This document shows, piece by piece, positions 6,135 to 14,100 of a stretch of 14,100 nt of DNA. Numbering within the stretch: position 1 is the stretch's first letter; every line of letters begins with the position of its first letter. The stretch comes from Promethearchaeota archaeon (lineage in GTDB: Archaea > Asgardarchaeota > Lokiarchaeia > Sigyniarchaeales > SOKP01), in the NCBI GenBank assembly GCA_048940445.1, contig JBHLON010000059.1, positions 1-14,100 of the forward strand, in the 5' to 3' direction. Under the pieces are notes generated by a model. That model was not told where the DNA came from, did no database searches, and was given only the letters and a program-made list of their open reading frames with translations. A program made the position numbers and the translations under genes.

Positions 6135-9047
6135 TTAGAAGATACCAAAAATTCTTATCTTCTTAATAAGTTCAGGTATTAAATCTTCCAGTTCCTTAAT
6201 TCTGTGGTGATATTGTTCATAAACATTATCAAAATTATCAACATATTCTTGATTAATATTATTAATAAAATTATTGGAAATTTCAGACACTTCATAGAAA
6301 ATTTGATCAAATTTAGAAGTTATATCTTTTAGTTCGATATTCACATTCTTGAGTTGTTTTCGTACCATATTTCTTAATTTCCCTCGAGGTATTCTAATGT
6401 TTTCTATTAAATTATCTGCTAAATCGAGTAAATCATAAGCTTTTACTTTGTCTTCTGATTTCAATTTTGTTTCTATTATCTCAGTTCTGAATGTATTAAT
6501 CCTTCCTCTAGCATAAGTATCAAAATTTAAAGATATTGAATCAATATTTTCACGCACTAGAAATCTTAAAAATTCAGGATCATCACTAGGTGCTTGACCA
6601 CAAATTCCAACCTTTTTGCCGCGATCATGTGCAATTTTGAGTAAATGTTTTAAAGATCTCCTTATTGCTTTACTATTTGTAGTATAACCATACTTTTTTG
6701 CAATAGGAAGAAGTTTAGCTTCGTCTCTATCAGTTCCAAATGTTAGCATTGTCAGATCATTTGATCCTATTGAGAAACCATCAATAAATTGACAGAATAG
6801 ATCTGCACAAATGATATTTGATGGAATTTCAGCCATAATGTAAACTTTTAAACCATCTTGCTCTCTAATCAATCCAATGCTTTCCATAATTTTAATAATC
6901 TCTTCACATTCTTCAGGACTTCGGCAAAATGGAATCATTGGAATTATGTTTTTTAGACCCCATTCACGCGCTTTTGATATTGCTTTTAATTCTAAAATAA
7001 ATGCATTTTGAAAATCATTTGAGACATAACGCGAAGCACCTCTAAATCCAAGCATAGGATTATGCTCTTCACTTTCATAAATCCACCCTCCAATCAAATT
7101 TTGATATTCATTAGTTTTGAAATCGGAGAGTCTTACAATACAAGGAGCTATTGTACCATCTGGAAGAGTCTTCCATACTCCTGCAGCTATTGTCGCAATT
7201 CCCTCAGCCAATTTTTCTATATAAAATTCTTCTTTATCATCATACCCAATTGTGAATTCTCTAATTTTATCAAGAGTTTCTTTTAATTGCTTTATCTGTT
7301 GATTAAATGCATCCTTATGATGAAGATCACTTTTTTTTATGCTTTCTATCTTTTTGCGCTGTTCTAAAAGAATTTCATATCTCATTATAAGACTGTCAAA
7401 ATCTATAAGCGCATTAGGATGAATTTGAATTTCATCATTAATAATAAACTCCAATCTAGCTAACCCTGTTCCATCTGGATATTTTCCAGACGATAATGCT
7501 CCCTTCGGAATCCCTAAATTTACCAAAACTTGAGTTTTAGTTTGAGGAAGTTTAGCAAATTCAATAGTGTCAAAATCATATTCGACTTCTTTAGTCCAAA
7601 TTCTCGAAGTGCCTTCACTACAATCTATAGTCACTGCTTCTAGATTTTCTTGACGTTGCTTTTCTCTTATTGTTTCTATTAAATTATCTGCTCCTACTAT
7701 TGATGCAATATTTAATTCTCTTGAAACAATTGCCGCATGACAAGTTGGACCACCTCGCTCTGTAATTACTCCTCCCAAATTAGCCATATAACTTGTCCAG
7801 TCCGGATTTGTCTCTGTAGTTATTAGAATATCTCCCTCTTCTAAAAGATAAGCCTCATCAATAGATTCAATGATATTTATCTTTCCATATCCTATTCTAC
7901 GTCCAATTGCGGTTCCAGAATTTTCTATTAAATAACCTTGATTAGATAATTTTTGGGAGTCCTCCAATAAATAGAAAATTTCTTCAATATCTCCTTTTTG
8001 AGAATGAACAGTTTCGGGTCTTGCTTGAACGATATATATTTTCCCATTATTTCCAAGAGCCCATTCAATATCCATTGGTCTTTCATAGTGATTGCGGATC
8101 TTAACGGCATACTCTGCTAAAATCCTCACTTGGTCATCGTCTAAGCAAAATGTACGTTGCCTTTCCTTTTCAATAGGTAAAGTAAGAGTTCCACCCTTTT
8201 CTTTATCAAATACCATCATTTTTTCTTTTTTAACTAAACTACGACTAATAATTTTTAATTTTGGACTGTGTTTGAATACTATAAATTCATCTCCTTTCTC
8301 AATTCCTTGAACAATGAGCTCTCCAAGTCCAAAAGTACCCCTTATTACTACTACATTGGGATTCCCTGAATCAGGGTCTTCTGTAAATATAACCCCTGAT
8401 GATCTTACACCAGTTAAACCACCAGCCATTTCTTGTATGCCTACACTTAATTTAACCGAAAAATGATCAAAATTGGCTCTCTCTCGATACATAGTTGCCC
8501 GTGTAGTAAATACAGAAGCCATATCCTTAAGAATATATTCTATAATCTGATTTTCTCCAGAGATATTTAAGTGAGTATCTTGTTGACCTGCAAAAGATGC
8601 ATCAGGAAGGTCTTCAGCAGTAGCAGAACTTCTAACTGCAAAGGTAGTTTCCTCTCCTATCCGTTTAATAAGTTTATGATATGCATCTAAAATCTCATCT
8701 ACAAGACTATCTGGAACTTTAGCCTGCTCTATAGAGTATCTGATATCCGCGCAAAATTTATCTACAGTTTTAATCGATTTAATATCTTCCTTTTTTAATT
8801 CATCTGAAATTTTTTCTATGTTCTGTTTTATGTATGCTTTGAGTGAAATCTCCTCATCCTTAATTCTATAATAATTTGTTTCTAATATGTAATCATATGC
8901 TTTAGCAGTTACAGCAAATCCTAAAGGAACAGGAATGCCAAAAGAAAGAAGTTCTCCCAAGGAACTATTTTTTCCTCCTACAAGTCCTACATCATGTGAT
9001 CTCACATCATCAAAAAATTTTATGTACCTAAAGTCGTATTTTTTCAT
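6135..9047 (-). CDS. ppsA: Phosphoenolpyruvate synthase (pyruvate,water dikinase) with an internal insertion and a C-terminal extension
   Basis: GGKNSSLGEL, AVRSSATAEDLPDASFAGQQDT, RPMDIEWA, QARPETV, phospho-His motif GGPTCHAAIVSRE, GLARLEFII, NPMLGFRGASRY, FSIGSNDLT and ICGQAPSD. Confidence 0.95.
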   Translation of the reverse strand: MKKYDFRYIKFFDDVRSHDVGLVGGKNSSLGELLSFGIPVPLGFAVTAKAYDYILETNYYRIKDEEISLKAYIKQNIEKISDELKKEDIKSIKTVDKFCADIRYSIEQAKVPDSLVDEILDAYHKLIKRIGEETTFAVRSSATAEDLPDASFAGQQDTHLNISGENQIIEYILKDMASVFTTRATMYRERANFDHFSVKLSVGIQEMAGGLTGVRSSGVIFTEDPDSGNPNVVVIRGTFGLGELIVQGIEKGDEFIVFKHSPKLKIISRSLVKKEKMMVFDKEKGGTLTLPIEKERQRTFCLDDDQVRILAEYAVKIRNHYERPMDIEWALGNNGKIYIVQARPETVHSQKGDIEEIFYLLEDSQKLSNQGYLIENSGTAIGRRIGYGKINIIESIDEAYLLEEGDILITTETNPDWTSYMANLGGVITERGGPTCHAAIVSRELNIASIVGADNLIETIREKQRQENLEAVTIDCSEGTSRIWTKEVEYDFDTIEFAKLPQTKTQVLVNLGIPKGALSSGKYPDGTGLARLEFIINDEIQIHPNALIDFDSLIMRYEILLEQRKKIESIKKSDLHHKDAFNQQIKQLKETLDKIREFTIGYDDKEEFYIEKLAEGIATIAAGVWKTLPDGTIAPCIVRLSDFKTNEYQNLIGGWIYESEEHNPMLGFRGASRYVSNDFQNAFILELKAISKAREWGLKNIIPMIPFCRSPEECEEIIKIMESIGLIREQDGLKVYIMAEIPSNIICADLFCQFIDGFSIGSNDLTMLTFGTDRDEAKLLPIAKKYGYTTNSKAIRRSLKHLLKIAHDRGKKVGICGQAPSDDPEFLRFLVRENIDSISLNFDTYARGRINTFRTEIIETKLKSEDKVKAYDLLDLADNLIENIRIPRGKLRNMVRKQLKNVNIELKDITSKFDQIFYEVSEISNNFINNINQEYVDNFDNVYEQYHHRIKELEDLIPELIKKIRIFGIF

Positions 9048-9212
9048 ATCAAATGCAGACTTTATCTGATTATATTAAGGTAATTTTAGTTTCTTTTTGA
9101 TTTTAATTTAATGGGTATAGAAAGTTAATAACGATAGATCATTCCTCATTTCTGGAAATTGAACTTTTAATCGATTAATTAAGTAATAGAAACATTAGAG
9201 ATATAGCTCATT

Positions 9213-9839
9213 TTAATCCACTATTAATCCAAAAGTTTTTTTGTAATAGTAAATAAAAACGACTGAAAGAAGTAAAGCATAAAAAGCATAAGCTTTTGTG
9301 AAATCAGTTGGAATTATTTCTTCTAATCCAATTATATAGTTAAAACGATAAAAACTATCATACGAAACCATAAACGTAATGTAAAATAAAAGTCCCCAAA
9401 GTAGATACTTTTTGCTAACAGGAACTTTGGGATGAAGAACAAGAAAAATTTGAAATGATGTAATTGCCCCATGTAAAACTGGCGCTAATATAAAAGAAAA
9501 CCAATCGGTGACTTGGGAAATTAAACCAATTGTGATATTAAAAAAGCCAAAAAAAGGTAAGCACGTAATACTATTAAAAAAAACAGACTCTAACTTGAAA
9601 ATACACGTAAAACTGATTAAAATAATTGTAAAGTAGGTAGTATACAAGACTGCTTTATATTCAACAGTAAAGAACATAAAGTAAATCCAATAGATTATAC
9701 ACCCAGCAAGCATGACCCACCCTGCTATTTGAAATATTCTTTTTATTCTTTCATCAAAGAGTTTTATGTGTGGCCTTTCCCTTGTCAAAAACGCCCTTAT
9801 CTTCTCGATTATCTCTTTAGCTCTGGAAGAATCTACCAT
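9213..9839 (-). CDS. Polytopic membrane protein of unknown function (about 6 TM helices)
   Basis: 208-aa ORF with a charged N-terminus followed by successive hydrophobic segments. A GAGGT SD-like sequence lies upstream on the minus strand (ACCTC at 9851-9855). Confidence 0.75.
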   Translation of the reverse strand: MVDSSRAKEIIEKIRAFLTRERPHIKLFDERIKRIFQIAGWVMLAGCIIYWIYFMFFTVEYKAVLYTTYFTIILISFTCIFKLESVFFNSITCLPFFGFFNITIGLISQVTDWFSFILAPVLHGAITSFQIFLVLHPKVPVSKKYLLWGLLFYITFMVSYDSFYRFNYIIGLEEIIPTDFTKAYAFYALLLSVVFIYYYKKTFGLIVD

Positions 9840-10021
9840 TGAATATTCTTACCTCAAAATTCTAATTGATAATATTAATTTTCTTTTAGAAGTCCTAAAT
9901 TAAGATTAAAAAGAACTTTTAAAAATTTTTCTGATAAGATTTATACTCACATTTAAAATTTAAATATAAGATATAATTATTTGGAAGTGAACTTAAAATT
10001 CAATAGTAGGCAAGAAAAATT

Positions 10022-10269
10022 ATGACCAAAACAGTATTATTAATATTTGCCATTATCTTAAATATTTCAGGAGTAGTCGCATTAACTGTATTTGGATTGA
10101 TATTTGGGACAACATTATCTTTACAATTACAACTTCCACCGAACTTGTAGAGATTCCCAGTATGACCCTAGTAGGGCAAATAATTCTGTATTTAATAATG
10201 ATTGGTGGTATAGTTTTGGTTATTAATGGTATTATTCTTTTTATGGTACGCGCCAAGATTAGAATATGA
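10022..10269 (+). pseudogene. Frameshifted small 2-TM membrane protein (about 82 aa if repaired)
   Basis: The frame from ATG 10022 gives MTKTVLLIFAIILNISGVVALTVFGLIF... and stops at 10148-10150. The -1 frame gives WDNIIFTITTSTELVEIPSMTLVGQIILYLIMIGGIVLVINGIILFMVRAKIRI* ending at 10269. One extra T at about 10103-10105 would fuse them. Confidence 0.55.
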
Positions 10270-10340
10270 ATCTCAATGAAATTCTTTCTTTTTCCTAATA
10301 ATTCCTTTACTTTATTTATTATTCTATTGGTTTTTTGACC

Positions 10341-10354
10341 ACAAAGTATAAATA
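10341..10354 (+). promoter_or_regulatory. Candidate archaeal BRE + TATA box for the SBBP gene
   Basis: ACAAAG-TATAAATA about 64 nt upstream of ATG 10418. The AT-rich background lowers specificity. Confidence 0.35.
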
Positions 10355-10417
10355 TAGGAATTGCATAAAATAGAATTACACTTTTTAGTGAAGTCTAAAT
10401 AAAAAAAGGATGTAAAG

Positions 10418-13400
10418 ATGAAAATCATAAAAAAAATTACATTTAGTTTGATCTCTATAGGTATAATCTTAGGGATTGGTTTCTATAATACTGCAATATT
10501 CATTCCTACCTTGAATTATACTTCTAAAGAACTAATTAACCCTCAAGCTTCAATAATCGATCCTTTTCTTTATGAAAATTACATAACGATAGGTGGAAGT
10601 TATATAGCAAGTGCAACTCAAACTGAACTAGATTCCTCTAATAATATATATGTAACAGGACAAATCCGTATTAATGATACTGAAGATACTGACGCTTTCT
10701 TAGCAAAGTTTGATAATAATGGAGAAATTCTATGGTATAACATTTGGGGAGGTGATTATGACGATTCTGGTGGAGGTATTGCTTTTGATTCTGCTGGGAA
10801 CGTATATATGGGAGGATCAACGTCAAGTTTTGGACCAGCTGTACCAAATGCAAACTGGTTTTTAGCAAAATTTGATAGTGCGGGAAATCAATTGTGGAAT
10901 AATTCATGGGGTACAACTGAGGGTGAATGGGGTGGATCTATAGCTGTTGACTCTTCAGATTATATTTATTATATAGGATCTACCTGGGGTTATAGTGTCC
11001 CGGGTGGATCTGCGGATGTTGGGTTAGTAAAGTTTAGTAGTGCAGGTGTCATTCAGTGGACGCGTATTTGGGGTCCTACAGGATATGATTCTCCAAGAGA
11101 TATAGAAATTGACTCTTCAAATAATATATATATTGTAGCAGGGTCCGATACTAGGGGTATAGGCGGTAGAGACGTAGCCCTGATAAAGTATGATAGCGCT
11201 GGTAATTTACAATGGGATACAGCTTGGGGCGGTCTAAATTTTGATGATCCGAGAGCATTGGCATTAGATGATTCTGGTAATATTTACATTATAGGATATA
11301 CAGATAGTTTCGGTGCTGGAGATTACGATATTTTTATTACAAAATATGATAGCACACCGACCCAATTATGGAATACTACATGGGGTGGTGTAAATTCAGA
11401 TCTTCCTGGAGATCTTGCATTAGATGCTGCAAACAATTTATATATTGGAGGAAATACTGAAAGTTTCGGTTCTGGAAGCAGTGATATTGTATATCTAAAG
11501 TATGATAGTTCTGGAAATCAGCAATGGAATACAACTTGGGGTGGTATTAACCTTGAAGAAGGTTATGGTATTTGTATAGATACTTCTAATAATACCTATA
11601 TAGCTGGTCAAACCAATAGTTTCAATGCAATAAATTCAAATGTTTTAATTCTAAAGTATAATGGAACTGGTCAAGAAGAGTGGTTTAAAACATGGGATGG
11701 AGAAAGTAGAGATGAGTGTTATGGGATTGCTTTTGACTCATTAAATAACTATTATATTACAGGATTTACTGAGGTCTATGGAAAAGGGGGAAGAGATGTA
11801 ATTCTAATCAAGTATGATAATTCTGGGATACAACAATGGAATGTAACATGGGGAGGGTCTGGATCAGAAGAACCTAGACGTGTAGCCGTTGACATTTACA
11901 ATGATATTTATGTTACTGGATTTACATATAGCTATGATCCTGGATCTCAATATGCTTTTCTCTTGAAATATGATCTTTCTGGAAACTTATTATGGAATAT
12001 CACTTGGGGAGGGCCTTATGACGATTCTGGTGGGGGATTAGCTTTTGATTCCATTGGTAATGTATATATGGGAGGATCAACGTCAAGTTTTGGACCAGCT
12101 GTACCAAATGCAAACTGGTTTTTAGCAAAATTTGATAGTGCGGGAAATCAATTGTGGAATTATTCATGGGGTACAAATGAGGGAGAATGGGGTGGTGCTA
12201 TAGCCACTGATTCAGTAGGCAATATTTACTATACAGGATCAACCTGGGGACATGGCGGCTCTTCAGCGAATGTGGGATTAATAAAGTTTAATAGTTCAGG
12301 AGTAATTCAATGGGCACGTTACTGGGGCCCTCCAGGTTATGATTCACCTAGAGATTTAATTGTGGACTCTTCAGATTTTATTTATATCATAGCAGGTTCG
12401 GATACTAGAGGTTTTGGTGGTAGAGATGTAGCTCTCATAAAATATAATAGTGCTGGTACCTTACAATGGGATACAGCGTGGGGAGGAAGTGGATTTGATG
12501 AGCCAAGCAGCATTACAGTTGATAATCTAAATAATGTTTACGTTGTAGGAAGAACTGACAGCTTTGGAGAAGGAGGATATGATGTTATGACTCTAATTTT
12601 TAATAGTAGTGGTTCTTTAAAATGGAGTAAACTATTTGGTGGTTTATCGAATGATCAAGCTCAAGTTGTCAAATTAGATTCATTTAATAAAATTTTTATT
12701 GGAGGAGTTACTGAGAGTTTTGCTACTGGAACCGGAGATATGTTGCTTCTAAAATACGAAATTGATTTGATCTCGCCCATAATCACAATAAATAGTCCCA
12801 TTGCCAATGAATTTTTTGGAGTATCAGCACCTGACTTTGATCTAACGATTACTGAAACTAACATTCATTCATGTTGGTATTCTTTAGACGGTGGTCTAAA
12901 TTATTCATTCATTGGATCATCAGGACAAATAAATCAAACTGAATGGGATAAAAAAGGTGAAGGATCATTTAACATAAATTTTTACGTACTTGATATGGCT
13001 GGCTTTGAAACTAGTTCTAACATAATCGTAAGAAAAGATCTAACATCACCTATTTCAGTGATTTCTTTTACACCATACAGCGGTACTAATAAGGTGATAA
13101 AAGACACTGAATTTACAATCACTGCGAACGACGGTGCAGGTTCTGGAGTTTCCCTAATTCGGTATAAAGTAAATAATTCAGCGTGGATAACTTATACAGG
13201 ATCATTTAATTTCTCTAGTTATTCAGATGGTTATTATGAGATCACATATCAGGCAATTGATACTGTAAATAATGTAGAAACTGAAAAAAGTATTTTAGTT
13301 CAACTCATAACACCTTCAGTAGAAGAACCAGAAATTGCTGGTTATAATTTCCTTATTGTCATAAGTTTAATTGGAATAACTACACTAATTATCGCTAGAA

Positions 13401-13423
13401 AAAAGTCAAAATCAAAAATCTAA
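10418..13423 (+). CDS. Cell-surface protein: signal peptide, 14 SBBP-type beta-propeller blades, two Ig-like domains, Loki-CTERM-like anchor
   Basis: Fourteen ~52-54-aa repeats (WGG...D....IA.DSSGNIYI.G.T.SFG...D..L.KYDSSG...W), two beta-sandwich segments (D..SP.I...WYSLDGG...D.AG and D..SP.S...SGV..IRY.......A.D.VNN.E), and a C-terminal PEIAGY + TM + RKKSKSKI. Many N-x-S/T sequons. Confidence 0.9.
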   Translation: MKIIKKITFSLISIGIILGIGFYNTAIFIPTLNYTSKELINPQASIIDPFLYENYITIGGSYIASATQTELDSSNNIYVTGQIRINDTEDTDAFLAKFDNNGEILWYNIWGGDYDDSGGGIAFDSAGNVYMGGSTSSFGPAVPNANWFLAKFDSAGNQLWNNSWGTTEGEWGGSIAVDSSDYIYYIGSTWGYSVPGGSADVGLVKFSSAGVIQWTRIWGPTGYDSPRDIEIDSSNNIYIVAGSDTRGIGGRDVALIKYDSAGNLQWDTAWGGLNFDDPRALALDDSGNIYIIGYTDSFGAGDYDIFITKYDSTPTQLWNTTWGGVNSDLPGDLALDAANNLYIGGNTESFGSGSSDIVYLKYDSSGNQQWNTTWGGINLEEGYGICIDTSNNTYIAGQTNSFNAINSNVLILKYNGTGQEEWFKTWDGESRDECYGIAFDSLNNYYITGFTEVYGKGGRDVILIKYDNSGIQQWNVTWGGSGSEEPRRVAVDIYNDIYVTGFTYSYDPGSQYAFLLKYDLSGNLLWNITWGGPYDDSGGGLAFDSIGNVYMGGSTSSFGPAVPNANWFLAKFDSAGNQLWNYSWGTNEGEWGGAIATDSVGNIYYTGSTWGHGGSSANVGLIKFNSSGVIQWARYWGPPGYDSPRDLIVDSSDFIYIIAGSDTRGFGGRDVALIKYNSAGTLQWDTAWGGSGFDEPSSITVDNLNNVYVVGRTDSFGEGGYDVMTLIFNSSGSLKWSKLFGGLSNDQAQVVKLDSFNKIFIGGVTESFATGTGDMLLLKYEIDLISPIITINSPIANEFFGVSAPDFDLTITETNIHSCWYSLDGGLNYSFIGSSGQINQTEWDKKGEGSFNINFYVLDMAGFETSSNIIVRKDLTSPISVISFTPYSGTNKVIKDTEFTITANDGAGSGVSLIRYKVNNSAWITYTGSFNFSSYSDGYYEITYQAIDTVNNVETEKSILVQLITPSVEEPEIAGYNFLIVISLIGITTLIIARKKSKSKI
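10757..11229 (+). repeat. Intragenic duplication copy 1 (blades 2-4)
   Basis: Similar to 12017..12483. The stretch 10802-10900 is identical to 12062-12160 (99 bp). Confidence 0.9.
12017..12483 (+). repeat. Intragenic duplication copy 2 (blades 10-12)
   Basis: Offset 1260 bp from copy 1, becoming 1254 after a 2-codon indel. Confidence 0.9.
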
Positions 13424-13424
13424 A

Positions 13425-13439
13425 TTTCTTTTTTTTTTT
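13425..13439 (+). terminator. Archaeal oligo(T) terminator of the SBBP gene
   Basis: TTTC followed by an 11-T run (13429-13439) just after the TAA, between convergent genes. Confidence 0.6.
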
Positions 13440-13482
13440 AAAATTTTAACAAATTAGTTATCATCTTGCCCGTCATGGAAGT

Positions 13483-14004
13483 TTAAATTAACTCATTTTC
13501 AAAAACGGCATAATCAGTGGAACTATAAAGGCAGAAAACAACTTCTTTAATCTGAGTGACTTTAGTCTTAAGATATTCTTTAGCAGTGGATATCATTATT
13601 TTTGCGCACCTATCTATAGGAAATCCGAAAATCCCTGTGGAGATTGCTGGAAAAGTGATTGTTTGTAGATTTTGTTCATCCATTAATTTAAGGCTATTCA
13701 ATGTAGCATTCTTTAGTTTCTCATCCTCCGATCCCTCTCCTATACGAGGACCCACAGCATGAATTACGTATTTTGCTTTTAGATTTCCTCCTGTTGTTAT
13801 AACAGCACCACCAACATGGGTCCCACCAATTTTATTGCACTCTTCTTGGATTTTTGGACCCCCCTTTTTCCGAATTGCACCAGCTACACCTCCTCCTAAA
13901 ATTAATTGAGAATTTGCTGCATTAACAATTACTTGAGTATCCATTTCGGTGATATCACCTTGAATTAATTTAATTTCTGAATTTCCAACTTTTAATGCTT
14001 TCAT
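13483..14004 (-). CDS. Macrodomain protein (MacroD/YmdB/Af1521-like ADP-ribose-binding or hydrolase)
   Basis: GDIT, IVNAANSQL..GGGVAGAI, VIHAVGP and FPAISTGIFGFP motifs. Confidence 0.93.
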   Translation of the reverse strand: MKALKVGNSEIKLIQGDITEMDTQVIVNAANSQLILGGGVAGAIRKKGGPKIQEECNKIGGTHVGGAVITTGGNLKAKYVIHAVGPRIGEGSEDEKLKNATLNSLKLMDEQNLQTITFPAISTGIFGFPIDRCAKIMISTAKEYLKTKVTQIKEVVFCLYSSTDYAVFENELI

Positions 14005-14037
14005 AATTAATAAAAAGTGTAGCTATATTTTAATGAG

Positions 14038-14100
14038 TTACTCATTTGATTCTGGTTTGGTTTTTTTGAAGATTTCATCCAATTTTTCCTTATCTTCATC
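14038..14100 (-). CDS. 3' end (partial) of an unidentified upstream gene
   Basis: Minus-strand open frame DEDKEKLDEIFKKTKPESNE* ends 33 nt upstream of the macrodomain start. Protein-like composition. Confidence 0.6.
   Translation of the reverse strand, partial: DEDKEKLDEIFKKTKPESNE

Noticed and set aside
5303-8310. Short ORFs 5303..5491, 7062..7286, 7928..8110 and 8092..8310
   Set aside because: They lie within the GTPase or ppsA genes on the opposite strand or another frame.
6135-9047. Intein in the long PEP synthase
   Set aside because: No C/S...HN-C/S/T splice motifs or LAGLIDADG blocks. The extra length is explained by short insertions and the C-terminal extension.
10757-12483. Diversity-generating retroelement TR/VR pair
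   Set aside because: Mismatches between the copies are not adenine-specific (T/C, G/T and C/T changes plus an indel). Both copies are in-frame coding, and there is no reverse transcriptase in the window.
10053-13762. Short ORFs 10053..10256, 10671..10916, 12661..12864 and 13556..13762
   Set aside because: Antisense shadows of the frameshifted membrane gene, the SBBP gene and the macrodomain gene.

Overview
AT-rich, gene-dense window that looks like an Asgard archaeon (Lokiarchaeia-like). The evidence is a Rab-like GTPase fused to a longin/uDENN-like N-terminal domain, an archaeal UPF0147 gene and a surface protein ending in a Loki-CTERM-like sorting signal; this taxonomic call is an inference. 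Left to right: the 5' end of a second longin/uDENN-like gene (1-67, -); two overlapping paralogous Zn-finger/Endonuclease VII genes (269-1097, -) bracketed by imperfect ~24-bp direct repeats whose recombination would regenerate a perfect 9-6-9 palindrome; a membrane protein with three bPH-like modules; a membrane-anchored class C beta-lactamase-family serine hydrolase; the longin-Rab GTPase fusion; UPF0147; an enlarged PEP synthase; a polytopic membrane protein; an unannotated frameshifted 2-TM small gene; a 14-blade SBBP double beta-propeller surface protein with a 99-bp identical internal duplication; a MacroD-type macrodomain gene; and the 3' end of another gene. The most intriguing item is the ~1-kb transposase-less dual-EndoVII cassette with att-like ends. 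All calls come from manual motif reading; no searches were run.
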